Below are positions 25,269 to 38,050 of a stretch of 64,000 nucleotides of DNA, in pieces. The notes below the pieces were generated by a model. It did not search any database and was not told the origin of the DNA. It saw nothing but the letters and a program-made list of their open reading frames with translations. A program made the translations under genes and the position numbers. Each line of letters begins with the position of its first letter. Positions within the stretch are counted from its first letter, which is position 1. Source of the DNA: Octopus vulgaris (Eukaryota); NCBI GenBank assembly GCA_951406725.2, contig OX597822.1, positions 63,736,001 to 63,800,000 on the forward strand, written 5' to 3'.

Positions 25269-27120
25269 CCATTTAGTAGTTCCCATGACTCTCTGATAGA
25301 GCCCATGTCCCTTTGGTGATGTCCATAACTCTTTAGGATTACCTGTGACACTTTGGCAGTGACCATGGCTCTTTGACAGTCATAGGACCAACTAAAGTGC
25401 CATGGGTCCCACCAAAAGATAAAAATACATCAGGGCTATAAGCACTGCCAAAGGGTGATAGGCCTCACCAAAGGGCTTTGGACAACCAGTCATGGGTGGT
25501 GTCATGGCCACTACTAAAGAGGCACAGGGAAAATAAAACAGCCATGTGCACTACCAAAGTATTGTGGGTACTATCAAAGGGCCATGGTCACTGCCAAAGT
25601 GTCACAGGTAATCCCAAAGAGTTATGGACATAACCAAAGGGACATGGGCTCTATCAGAGAGCCATGGGAACTACTAAATGGCAATGGCCACTACAAAAGG
25701 AGTCGTGTGCATTACCAAAGAAGCATAGATACTACCAAGGGACCATTGGCACCACCTGGTTGCCATGGACACTGCCAAAAGACTATAGGAACTATAATTG
25801 CATCATAGTAACTACTTCACGTGCACTACTAATGAGGCTTGGGCTCTACCTAACGGTCATAGGTACTAGTACAGTGTTATGGATACTAGAAAAAGAGTTA
25901 TGAACACTACCAAACAACGGTCGGTACAATGAATGGGTCATGAGTACTGTCAAAGGATCATGGGTACTACCAAAGGGCCTTGGACAATATCAGGTTGTCA
26001 TAGGACCAACTAAAGTGTCACAGGTCCCACCAAAGTGTCATGAGCAGTGCCAAAGATTTATGGGCATTTCGAAACGGTCGTGGACACTACCAAAACGTCA
26101 TAGCTACTATTGGGTTGTCTGGAAAGTTCGTGCCGACTTTTAAAGGAAAGAAAAAGGTCAATAAGTACTTGACATTAAATTTTTAATCAACCAAACATGA
26201 ACCATTTTGTTGCATAATGCGTCTCCATCTTTAACTTGAAAATACCATCTTCCCAGAATTGAGGTGGTTTCATAACAAATAATTAATTCATCAAGGAATC
26301 TTTTTACGTCATCTAAGGAATTGAAATTTTTACCATTAAGACTATTCTGCAGAGACCTGAATAAGTGGAAATCCGAAGGAGCAATATCTGGTGAATATGG
26401 AGGGTGGGGTAACACATCCCAGCCGAGCTGCAGCAATTTTTGTCTGGTTCCTAAAGCATCAAGTGCCGAAAATGAACTTTCTTATCTTCCATTTAAAAGG
26501 GTTACAAAATTAACACAGGTTATAGGAACATAAACCTCCTTCCACGAAAAGATAGCTTAAACTGTGCTCTAAATGGAGGTGTAGTCAAATTCTATTTTAT
26601 GGACTCAACCATGTTCTAAAATAAGTCGAAAGGTAAGCTACTATAAATCGGCACGAACTTTCCGGACAAACCAATATTAAAGGGATACAGGAAAAATAAA
26701 GCGGTCATAGGTGCTATCAAAGGGTCATGGGTACTATGCAGTGGTCATGAGCACTGCATGGTCATGGCACTACGAATGGGCCATATGCACAAGGAACGGG
26801 TAATGGGCACCACCAAAGGATTATTGACACTACGACATTGTCCTGGACACGACCAAACGCTAATGGGCACTACTACAGGGTCATGAACACTACAAATTGG
26901 TCATATTCACTAAGATAGTGCCGTAGATTCCATCAAAGAGCTTCAGGCACCACCAAATGGTAACATGCTACGAAGGGGCGAATAAGCTCTACTAAATATT
27001 CATGGGCATTACAAAAGGGCCATGGACAATATCAAAAAGTTCATGAGTTGTACCAAAGGATCATGGGTACTGCCAAAGGGCTATGAACCCCAACAAAGTT
27101 TCATGGATGCTATCAAAAAC
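25269..27120. repeat. Degenerate 20-bp minisatellite (ACCAAAGGGTCATGGGCACT-like), interrupted by mariner, with an inverted 112-bp segment
   Basis: ~20-nt periodic CAAAG..CATGG..ACT; 25269-25380 is the reverse complement of 25570-25681. Confidence 0.75.
26110..26674 (-). mobile_element. Internally deleted mariner transposon
   Basis: ~27-bp TIRs TTGGGTTGTCTGGAAAGTTCGTGCCGA, TA TSD both sides; N-term MEDKKVHFRHLML fused by deletion to LGWDVLPHPPYSPDIAPSDFHLFRSLQN. Confidence 0.92.
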
Positions 27121-27737
27121 AATCTGTAGCGGGGCTCAAGACGCCAGCGCCATTTCAATTATATCATATCTAGAACTTTATTATTCCAGAGGGCCCGTCT
27201 TTGTTTAAGACTGTAATTATAAGGTGATTTGAGGGAGGTTGGCTGATATTTCTAGCAAGTGGTCTATCGACCTCATAGAGACTAGCTTGTTAGTTCAGAA
27301 TCACTTTCGTTATGTGTGATGGCTGAGAGAAAAGTTTTAAGGGAGAGAACTCCGGGAGAAAAAGCGATACTAATAAGGACTATCTCCCTTGCTATTATCT
27401 AACTCGGTAACAGCATGAAAAGAAGACAACACGGGAAGACAAGTTTTAAACGTATTATAGCTTAACGCTCAAAATACGTGAATTGATCACTGAAAACTTG
27501 TTAATGGTTTGCTCGACCGATATTTTAAGACTAGAGGCTGCTTCCAATGGATAATTGATCCCTCTAACACAGCCACGTAGCCAGCCGATAGCAACTGGGG
27601 GTGCTATATTGATAGCTGGAGGTGCGGAACAGGAGTATGGACAAAAGCTCCTACATAAAGTGTGAAAGTAGACAAAAGCCCCATGCTTATATTTTTCAGA
27701 TATTTTTTTCGTTTTTTTTTTTCCTTCTTTTTGACGC

Positions 27738-27884
27738 CTATCTATCTATCTATCTATCCGCTCAGTCGAAGTCGACTCTCGGTCACTCGTTGGATCAGTG
27801 TCCTCCAGTCAGTTCTATCCTGGGCCGCTTCTTTCAGATTGGCTATGTCCATTCCGGTATCACTGTTAATGGTGTCAAGCCATC
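27738..27884 (-). mobile_element. RTE (BovB-like) LINE extreme 3' end with (GATA)n tail
   Basis: WLDTINSDTGMDIANLKEAAQDRTDWRTLIQRVTESRLRLSG* resembles RTE-BovB RWLDGITDSMDM...DREAWRAAVHGVAKSRTRLSD. Confidence 0.75.
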
Positions 27885-28124
27885 AAGATGTCTAACCTGG
27901 TCAAAACTTCTGATACATTTCATTTTCATTTTCATTTTACTTGTTGCAATCATTAAACTGAGGCCATGCTGGGGCATCATCTCGAAGAATTTTTAGCCGA
28001 ATGCATCGACTCCAATATTTTTAAAAATGATTTTCAACAAGCACATAGTTAAGCCTAAAAGGTCTTTCTACATGCTAGAGATAACAGCCAAATCTTTAAA
28101 CATTATTTTTAAATAATTTCAAAT

Positions 28125-28775
28125 AAACATCGACCACGAGGCTGACAGTGTGTCTTCTCAACAATTCGATGATTTCGTTTTGCATTGCTGCTGAGGTGTA
28201 GGCCGCATTTTTTTGGAGTCGTGCTGTAACATTCCATTAGCTTTGAGTCTTTCTCTAATGTATACTGGAATAATTTCATAAAAAGACCACCAGGCTACGT
28301 ATCATCTTCCGAATAAAGATCCTGAAAAGCTTCAGTTTCACTTTCTCGAAAAGACAATTCGTTTGCACAAAGAAAATGAACAGTGAAACTGATATAATAA
28401 CTGATCATTTTGCAAGATTGAAGACACGGATGTTGTTGTGGATAAACGCTGTTGGCGTTCCTTCCATGTTACCATAGCTTGGATAAGGGATGCAGAGTTT
28501 GTGTGCTTATTTAAACCTTTGTTTTTTTTTTCTTTTGCATGATGCCAATTAGAATGTCCATTTTTAATAAAACAATTATCAGCTTGAGCAGAAGTATGAA
28601 AGTGCCGACAAGCAAAATAAAACAAGAGAATACTCTAACCATAAACGACCAGTATACCAGCTTGGCGAGAAGTCACGTCTCTGATTTCCATAAATTTTTT
28701 GATCAAACTTCGCTAGAACTAGCTGCACTGGTTGGCAGTCGACCTGTCCTAGATCATCCAATGAGGGTGTCAAAG
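28125..28775 (-). pseudogene. Decayed hAT transposase (ZnF_TTF + DUF4371, ZMYM1/Tip100-like)
   Basis: Frameshifted pieces RRDFSPSWYTGRLWLEYS / FYFACRHF...NGHSNWHHAKE...AMVTWKER / GGLFMKLFQYTLEKD...NAAYTSAAMQNEIIELL. Confidence 0.8.
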
Positions 28776-28799
28776 ACTTTGCAATGGATTTTTCTCAAC

Positions 28800-30080
28800 G
28801 CATTCCAATATTACAATGCAGTCTTCAACGAGGAATACTCTACGGATAAAAATCTATTACATATCATCTACCTCGAGCCCAAATAAAACAGGAAGATAAA
28901 CATATGTTCAACGCAACAGCGACTACATCATTATGTAGGGGCTTTGACATTCTTCATGCTCCCTTAAGAAACGTTTCTTCTCAAATCATAAATACTCTCA
29001 GAGCTTCAGTAGAAATACCCTCAACTACTCAAGATTTTTTAGGGTATTTAGTCAAACACAACGAGAGCATCATCCAACTAAAAATAGAACCCGTGTGACC
29101 ACTCTGGAATCTGAGTCTGTGGTTAATGATATTAGTATACTAGTATTAGTAATATGGGAGAATGCGCTGTAAGAGCGCGTCGCGGCATTCACTGTCCATT
29201 GGTGATTCCCTACCCCTGGCAGATGACATTTTTTATACCACTCAAGCGACAACCCTCCAACCTATAGGTCTCTTTGGGAAGTCGTTGCCGAGGAGCGTTT
29301 TGCGAGGTCGGAATGCAGAACCTACCTCAACCTCTTTTAGTCATTTTAATGATGCTCAGAGGAAACTTTGGGTCTATTCATTAACATACCGGTGCATACA
29401 TCGTGCATTGATGTTTAGTAGTCAAGAGTTTATCTTCCTGTAGCCTATAGCACTGGATTCGATCCCGTGTTTTGCCACAGACGAATCTCAAGTCACAATT
29501 CAGTCATAGTTTGAACATGTGTACAACCGAATTTTATCCAATGAATGGCTGTTGTCCAAATGATGGTTCGGTGATCCGTCAAGAACTTTCTGTGAACACA
29601 GCCTATAAATGCAGTCAAATTAGTTGCTAATTTCACAGGCTGTCGAGACATCCAAGCTGTCATGACGTTCTCCATTCTTATTTATTGACCCCAAAAGGAT
29701 GAAAAGCAAAGTCGACCTCGGCGGAATTTGAACTCAGAACGTAGCGGCAGATAAAATACCTATTTCTTTACTGCCCACCAGCAGCTAAACACAGAGAAGA
29801 CAAAGACAGACATAGGTATTAAGTCGATTACATCGACCCCAGTACGTAACTGGTGCTTAATTTATAGACCCCGAAAGGATGAAAGGCAATGTCGATCTCG
29901 GCGGAATTTGAACTCAGAACGTAGCGGCAGACGAAATACTGCTTAGCATTTCGCCCAGTGTGCTAACGTTTCTGCCAGTTCACCACCTTCTCCATTTTCA
30001 TGATGTTCTCCATTCTTGCCAAATCAGAGTGTCATGGGTCGAATATTCATTCACAGATTATCAAAGACACGTCACCTGTA
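28800..30080 (-). pseudogene. Possible highly decayed CR1/L2 LINE endonuclease region
   Basis: AFIGCVHRKFLTDH resembles CR1 FLECVQDNFLTQH; GC-richer than flanks; many stops. Confidence 0.3.
29680..29997 (-). mobile_element. SINE family B dimer with 20-bp target-site duplication
   Basis: TSD tcatga(c/t)gttctccattctt at 29660-29679 and 29998-30017. Confidence 0.8.
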
Positions 30081-30557
30081 AATTTACTTAGTATATTAAA
30101 AAAGAAGAAAAGAACTAGCCCCGTGTTGAGTTGCTAACAGAAACTTTCCCTACGTGACATATTTCGCTGTTTCGTCTCATTGTTTCCATTAAATGTATTG
30201 CATGAACACCTTTCCTATTAAAACACACCTCTTTGTTATAAGCCCATTTCCGTTAGTGTTCAACACCTCATTCATAATCTGCAGACCCACGAGTAACTGA
30301 CATTTGTTTTGTAAACCACATGAGCATCAAAGTACAACTTCAATTCAACCACTTTCACGTCATCATCACACCTGTAGGCTCACATCCTTGCATCAAGCTT
30401 ATCCTATGCAGCTCTCCATTGCATGCTGTTACACATTTTCATGGTGACACTATTGTATTTCCTCCCTTTGAAATATGTATGTATACCTGCATGCATTCAT
30501 ATATGCGTGCGTACGTACGTACATACATTCATATATGCGTATGTATACTCTCTCTTT

Positions 30558-30913
30558 CTCTTTTGTTTCAATCATTTGATTGAGCCATGCTGGAGCACCA
30601 CCTTTAATCGAGGAAATCGAACCCAGGACTTATTCTTTGTAAGCTTAGTACTTATTCTATCGGTTTCTTTTGCCGAACCGCTAAGTTATGGGGACGTAAA
30701 CACACCAGCATAGGTTTTCAAGCGATGTTGGGGGGACAAACACACACATATATATATATACATACGACGGGCTCCTTTCAGCTTTCATCTACCAAATCCA
30801 CTCAAAAGGCTTTGGTCAACCCGAGGCTATAGTAGAAGACACTTGCCCAAGGTGCCACACAGTGGGACTGAACCCAGAACCATGTTGTTGGTAAGCAAGC
30901 TACTTACCACACA
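30558..30913 (-). mobile_element. SINE family A
   Basis: Reverse complement of the family A consensus. Confidence 0.85.
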
Positions 30914-30981
30914 AATGATACTGTCTTTTATTTACTTGTTCCACTCATTGAACTGCAGCCATATTGAGGCACTGATGCTGA

Positions 30982-31314
30982 GACCCTTCCTCGGCCATGA
31001 CTGACCATGGGTTTGCACCTAGAAAGTTACCCTCCAAGGCACAAGTCTGGACAAGGTTGTTTCTTATGGAAGACCAGCAGTCGCCCATGCATACCAGCTT
31101 CCCCTCTCTTCACGCCACCAATGTTATCCACGGGAAAGGCAAAGAGGCCGATACAGCTTGGCGTTGCAACTCATTTCTACAGCTGAGTGAACTGGAGCAG
31201 CGTGAAATAATGTGTCTTCCTCAAGAACACAACACGCAGCCCGGTCCGGGATTCGAACTCACAATCTCACGATCGCAAGCTTGATGCTCTAACCACTGAG
31301 CCATGCGCCTTCAC
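30982..31314 (-). mobile_element. tRNA-derived SINE family C
   Basis: Homologous to 8646-8968. Confidence 0.75.
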
Positions 31315-31835
31315 CCTAACTGGGGCACTACACTAAAGCTTTTAACCAAATAAAATGAGCCCAGCACTTATTTTCTTAAGTCTTGTACTCATTCTATCGG
31401 TCTCTTTTGCTGAACTGCTATGTTAGAGGAGCATAAACAAACCAATACCATTTGTCAAGAAGTGCTGGGATGAGAAACGCACACATAAGGCTTCCACACA
31501 GTCTCCATCTACCAGACTCACTTAGAAGGTATCAGTTAGTCTGGGGCTATAGTAGAACACACTTGTCCAAGGTGCTGTGGAACTGAACCTGAACTCACAG
31601 GGTTGCAAAGCAGGCTTCTAAACCACACAGCCACACTTGGTGAGTTAGGAAGAAAGGACCATAGCCCTTTGAGACTGCCGAGCTTAAAGCCATTAATGTA
31701 GGTTACAACCTAAAGACAAGACTAGGAAATATATTCCAGAGGGATGATGTGCTGGGGAATAAGGATTTAGTATTAAGCTACTTGCAAGATCAGAGTTACC
31801 TGGAGGTTATAGAATCCTACACATATATTTATATA

Positions 31836-32162
31836 CTCTTTTACTTGTTTGTCATTTGACTGTGGCCATGCTGGAGCACCTCCTTTAGTTGAGCAAATCA
31901 ACCCCAGGACTTATTCTTTGTAAGCCTAGTACTTTTCTATCGGTCTTTTTTGCCGAACCGCTGAGTTACAGGGATGTAAACACACCAGCATTGGTTGTCA
32001 AGCGATGTTGGGGGAACAAACACACATACATACATATATACGACGGGCTTCTTTTAGGCTATAGAAGAAGATACTTGCCCAAGGTGCCACACAGTGGGAC
32101 TGAACCCAGAACCATGTGGTTGGTAAGCATGCTACTTACCACACAGCCACTCTTACTCCTAT
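31836..32162 (-). mobile_element. SINE family A with internal deletion
   Basis: Reverse complement of the family A consensus. Confidence 0.85.
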
Positions 32163-32224
32163 ATACACAAATGTTTTAAATTTCGAAAATAAATATTACA
32201 AGGAACAAATAGTTATTGTAAAAA

Positions 32225-32230
32225 TTTATT
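32225..32230 (-). terminator. Candidate distal polyadenylation signal of the netrin receptor gene
   Basis: AATAAA on - with a U/GU-rich downstream tract, where SINE-poor DNA gives way to SINE-rich intergenic DNA. Confidence 0.3.
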
Positions 32231-34772
32231 GTCACATCAATTTTTTTTTTTTTAATATATTTCAAAAATCTCTATTTTTTTGTTTTGTTTTTGCTTGGAA
32301 GAGTTTATTCTTTTTTTTTTTCTTTCTTTATTCCACAAATTGAGGTTGTCGATGACTGATTTTGTGATCTTGTGGGGTGGGGGAGTGTCAAAGTTCAGTG
32401 AAATTCTGAGCTTTTTTTTTTCTTTTGGATAATGTATGACTGAGTGAAATCAAGAATCAGTTTTAGATCAATTATTGATATAAACATATATACATATATC
32501 AATTACAGATACGTATAGTCTGTTCAGATTTCATAACTGTTTCTTACAACCTTTTCCTTTTGTTTGTTTTTTTTTTTTTTTTAATTTTCATTTATAATTT
32601 TTCGTAAGGATTTTTTTTTCTTATAACAGCATGCTGTTTCTCGAGATCCCTACTCCACTTGTGACTGCCTTTCTCCAGTAGGCATTCATATTTCCCGGGT
32701 TTCAAACCTTCAAACTGTATGTAAAAGGACCGACATATAATCCAACAGGAAACCTGGTGAGTTATTTATCCTGTCCCACTGATTTACCTCTCAGTGAAGC
32801 AGTATAGTATATATATATATATATATATATATTCCTCAACATGTAGTATATATAAATATGAATGTGTATATATACACACACATACACATTATATGCATGA
32901 ATAAATGTAGGTATGCACATTGTTAGTTTGCACAATACTTTCATTTTCCCCCCATCCCTTTTAACAAAAATCATTCAATATTACAAGTTTTTGGGGTTTT
33001 TTTTTAACAATTGATGAGAGAGAGAAACAAAAGTGAACAATTTTTTCTTTCCTTTTTTGTATATTTTTTTTTTGGCACAATCCATTCTTAAAATAGGAAC
33101 TAATCAGAGAAAAACCAAAAGTCTAATTTGAGAAAACTGATGCAAAAAACGTAACTAAATAAATAAAGATAAAATAAATTAAAAATAAAAGAAAGGAAGA
33201 TTTAAAACATATCTCATTGCAAAGTTTCAGGATTTGGTCTGGTATGAAAGAAGGGGACAAGGATTATGTTGGAGGGGATAGAAGGGAATATATTTATTAA
33301 TACTAGTTTTACAAACTGTCATAACTGAAACATCATTCTACTATTTTATTATTTCATAAAAAAAAATTTCAAAGAACAAGACATAATAGATATCCAATTA
33401 AAATACAGAGGAGTGGGGAGAGGAATATAAAAAGAAATCAATAACAGCCTGGTGTGATTTAATAGCAAATATCAATTTTTCTAGGTATCATGTATATATT
33501 TACTAAATGAAATACACCCAAACATTCTCAATGATTTAAAATTTGTTTCTTAATTGGAGAATGAAAACAAAAACTACCAAAATTTGTTAGTGACACACAA
33601 GGGCAAGGGAAGATAACTTCAATAAATTAAGAACTGAATAATTAAAAAAAAAAATCAATTCTCATGTTTAATCCTGTAGCATTTAATCCAGCTATAATAT
33701 CAAGCCAAAATTTTCTAGCTGTTTTATGTTCAAACTGGTCAGATCCAGTCTCTTACACCTACCCTACAATTCATTCTAAAAATAAAACAAACACACCATC
33801 AGAATCTGAGAGCTATGAGATAATGCATAATTAATTCAAACCTTACATTTTACAGAATCTGAATGCATGTACTAAGAGAAAAATCTTTGACATTTTGTTA
33901 ATGGAAATGGTAATAACAACCAAACTGCATTGTTATAGCACCTTGTCAGTGAAGCATAGACAACTGACATGCTTGATCAATAAACATCAGATATTTTTAC
34001 ATATAAAAGTAAAAAAAAAATAAGGTTATGACACAAATTTAGTGTTTACGTAAAAAATTCTTTGTAATCCTTTTTTCTACATGTAAAAAAACTAACTAAA
34101 CTTTTATTTATTGACCAAGTGTATCCAACGTTATTTAAGCTTGGCTGAAGAGAGTCAATAACACTGAAACAGCCATTGTTCTTGCTTACAAAGATCAAAT
34201 TTTTCTCTTAATCCTTTAGCAGTCAGATGCAAAATAATTTATTAACATTGTTTTGAATTAAGCATGCATTATCTTGAGGCATTGACGTTTCAATGATATG
34301 ATTGTTTATTTTTAGAATGACATTGTAGTCTGTGTGAGAGGTTGGCCAGTTTCAACATAGAACAGTTAGAATATTTGGTCTGATATATCCAGTCTAAATA
34401 AATGCTTAAGAGTTAAGCATGAAAATCTTTTTATTTCTGATTTCAATGAAATTATCTCCCACTCTTAGCAGTCACTCACTTTGGGACTTGCTAATGAATG
34501 AATACCACTAGGCATTTGTTTTCTTTCTCCAAGTAAGAGGAAAATTTTAAATATCATTTGATATATCCATACATACTTCATTCATCACAATCCATGTCAT
34601 TGGCTTATTTCAATTGTTTCTCTCAGCTCAGTCTAGTCGATTTTTCAGTATTTCTATGCCTGCATAATTCTACAGCTCGTTCAGGCTTTATTCTAGTAAT
34701 GCTTTTATTTATTATACATACATATATACACATACACATGTGCACACACACACACACATACATGCATGTTTA

Positions 34773-34805
<33 letters not shown>

Positions 34806-35112
34806 ATATATACATGCACACAAACATACGTATATGCACATACACACATTGCAGTACAATTTGTCTGGGAGATGGTTTTAAAGCTATGATAAATGGACAA
34901 TTTAGCACCTTAACCACTTAGCCACATGACTGGGGACCAATCAACAATAATAATAATAGTGATAACAATTTCTAACTTAAATACAACACCACATGCTTTT
35001 AGGGGGCGGGGTGTCGTTGATTAAATAAATACCAGTACATGTAACCTCAAGTGTCATCAATTTATTCATCACTGATCCAGGGTAGCACAGTCGGCTCAAT
35101 TGTGAACCGCAT

Positions 35113-35173
35113 TACGCTTATCATGGATTGATACGCTTATCATGGATTGATACGCTTATCATGGATTGATACG
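35113..35173. repeat. Perfect 19-bp tandem triplication
   Basis: TACGCTTATCATGGATTGA x3. Confidence 0.9.
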
Positions 35174-35378
35174 TGATAACACAGGTCAGTGATCTGTTGA
35201 AAATACTGTTTGTACTGCAGTAGCAAGCTCTGGCATCTGCCCACAATGACTAGTTACCCAGAATGCACTATCGCTTATGTTTACATGGTCATGCTGTGAA
35301 GCAGAGTATTATTTTTTTTTATTTGGATTTATGTACTCATTCCAATCAATATGAGATTAGTGAACAGGGAAAAAAAAT

Positions 35379-35532
35379 ATGAAGGCATCTGATCCTTACA
35401 AACAACACAGATGAGTGCATTCTCTACAGGAAAAAGTAGAGATGATGAAGAAAATATATGAAGGTGGAAGCTTCTCTGCTGTGGGCCATGAGTTTGGTGT
35501 CAATGAATCTACCATTCATTCCATTTACAAAG
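35379..35532 (+). pseudogene. pogo/Tigger transposase N-terminal HTH (CENP-B/psq type) remnant
   Basis: MKASDPYKQHR*VHSLQEKVEMMKKIYEGGSFSAVGHEFGVNESTIHSIYK. Confidence 0.7.
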
Positions 35533-37821
35533 GGCATGGAGATGACTCATTTATCAATGTGATTTTTTTGGAACAAAATTCCTGTGATAAATGAAGATAG
35601 ATATATTTGTTTTTATTGATTCCCAGGATGAGAAAAAGCAAAGGCAACTCTGGCAAAATTTGAAACCAGAACAGAAAGGGATCTAACTAAATACCACATG
35701 GCATTTTTGTTTGTCCCTAAACCAATTTTTTTCCCCCCCCATACCCTGCTTTGATGACAATGATTACTTCTTAACATCAGGTTTCATAAATACAATTTGC
35801 TGATAGGGTTACATACATCATCTATTCGACAAAACAGAAGAAAAACCTCCATAAATCTTTACAGTGGCTTAAATAAAAATAGTTATAATCTGAACTGGAG
35901 CCTAATAAATCTACATGTTTTGTATGACCTCTTTGAACACACGACAGACACCATAGAGCAACCACTATTATTATTCTACATCACCCTGTCATTAATATCT
36001 GCAAGTTTGCGATGTTCCTGTGATAACCAACACAAAATCTGGTCTGCAATCAGTCAACTAATGAGGATTGAGTAGATATGAAATGGTTAACTAAATAAAT
36101 ACATATTCACCTCGCTGCTAACTACACAACCTGTGAAGTGTCTGTGATATTATTTTCATCTGAAAATATTTTGGTAATGTACTTCACGAAACGCTACACA
36201 ATGTCAGTGTTAGATTTACAAATTCGGACAAAAACCCTATTAACCAATGTCAACTGTTTCTCCAAAACCTTGTGACAAGATTTTATTACTCTCTTATCCA
36301 ACATGAATGTGTCTGTAAGTTTGAATGATTTCTTTAATACAAAAATTCAACTTTATGCAACACAACTGCAGTTTAGTTGGCCTCAGTTAAGAGATGCCAA
36401 CCACTTATGAAATTGAGTGGTATTAAATAATGCTGCCACGTTAATCACAGTTAGGTTCAAACAGACGAAAACCTGCATCAGTCAATATTAAAATTACTTG
36501 CTAACTACATAATATAGGTTGAATTTAAAATTTAAAAATAAGATAAAGAAAACATTTTCTGAAAGTTTTATGAGTAACAAAAATATTTTTAAAAAAACCC
36601 ATTAGAAACTATTAAAATGAGAAGAATCAAACCTACATCTACTGTTAATGACTATTAATTTTGCTTGGTAATTAGATGGCAGTATTCAGCTCTGGTTGTG
36701 TAATGTATAATGAATAGTTTGTGTGGTGTTCATGTGAAGTAGTATATTATATGAGCATGTGTGAGTGTGTGTGTGTCTGTGGTGAATATGTTTGTGGGAG
36801 GTTTTCAATGAAACAAGTGTGTTTGTGTGTATTGAAAGATGTGGTGTGGTGTGGATAAAACTTTAAAAAGAAAACAGCAGACTGGAACAGAAATACATAC
36901 ATACAAACATACACACACTGAAAAATAGGAAAATGTCAATGAGAAACATGCTTGCTAAAGGCAATCAGTAAGGTTCTATTGCTAGCATCATAACTAGTTG
37001 TTCTTTTGTGGCAGTTACAATGGCAGAGATTCAAACTGTTTAAGGCATGTTTAATAAATGTCTTGGAGACATTGTTAACTCTCATTTCATTAGGGATCAA
37101 TTAGATCAACTTAAAACTTCTCTTGAGAGATAATGATATGAGGTATTTCTGTATTACAGGTTAATTATTTTGCAATCAATTTCTTGCTTGGTTCTCTATC
37201 GTAGTAGAATATTCCAGCCCATTTATCTCTCTGGGAAGATCAGGATAAAACTATTCATATCTATTCCAGTTAAATCTTAAATCATCATCAAATATATGGT
37301 GTTACCTGACAAGAGACAAACTTCTCTGGATAAATAAGATTGGTACCCGATTTCTACATAAGCAGCTTTAGGTAAGTAGCGACAATGCTCTTAATCTAAA
37401 AACATGCCAGCTGTAACACAATACAAACCATAATGATAATATTATCATCATGTTGTCATCATCCTCGTCAGAGAGTTGGTTAATACAAATTATAGATTTT
37501 AAAGAAAGAGAAAGTTTTTCAAGGAAGCATGACTTAGATGGCTTTAGCATGTTTAGACATTAATGCAAGTTGCCAAAGCAAGTATTTTCCATCTGTCTAC
37601 TTTTTCTTATAGCCACTATTTCACTTTAAGGAGCACCATGTAATATTTACCATTCCTGCAGAAGCAACTGAGCTAAGGAGTGTAATATTTGCTTATGTTC
37701 ACAACACAATAGCTATATCAGAGTTTGGTACCATTATTGATCAAGCTAGTGCTAGAGTACCTCAAAATACTAAAATACTATACATTTTTAGTTACTTGTA
37801 GTCTGTAATATTCATTTAAGC

Positions 37822-38050
37822 TTAACCCTTTACCTACTCTGTACATCATGTGATACACAGGACATCTTTCCCTGGCATCCATGCATAACATATGATACAC
37901 ATTCCCAATTTTTTTCAACTACCAGGAGTAAATTATGATTTATGAGAGGAAAGCTGTATATTACTGGGAACATACTAACTAAAAGTCTGAAAACAAGTAT
38001 GGATGTTTAGGAGAAAATTATGGAAATGCTTTGGATAGGTAAAGGATTAA
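37822..38050. mobile_element. TTAA-flanked MITE (different family)
   Basis: TTAACCCTTTACCTA...TAGGTAAAGGATTAA inverted termini. Confidence 0.6.

Noticed and set aside
25584-26143. ORFs within the 20-bp repeat region
   Set aside because: Period is not a multiple of 3, frames are inconsistent and no protein homology is recognisable.
28539-28886. 115-aa + strand ORF
   Set aside because: Largely antisense to the decayed hAT transposase on the - strand.
35113-35173. Possible CRISPR or iteron array
   Set aside because: Simple tandem triplication inside a transposon remnant.
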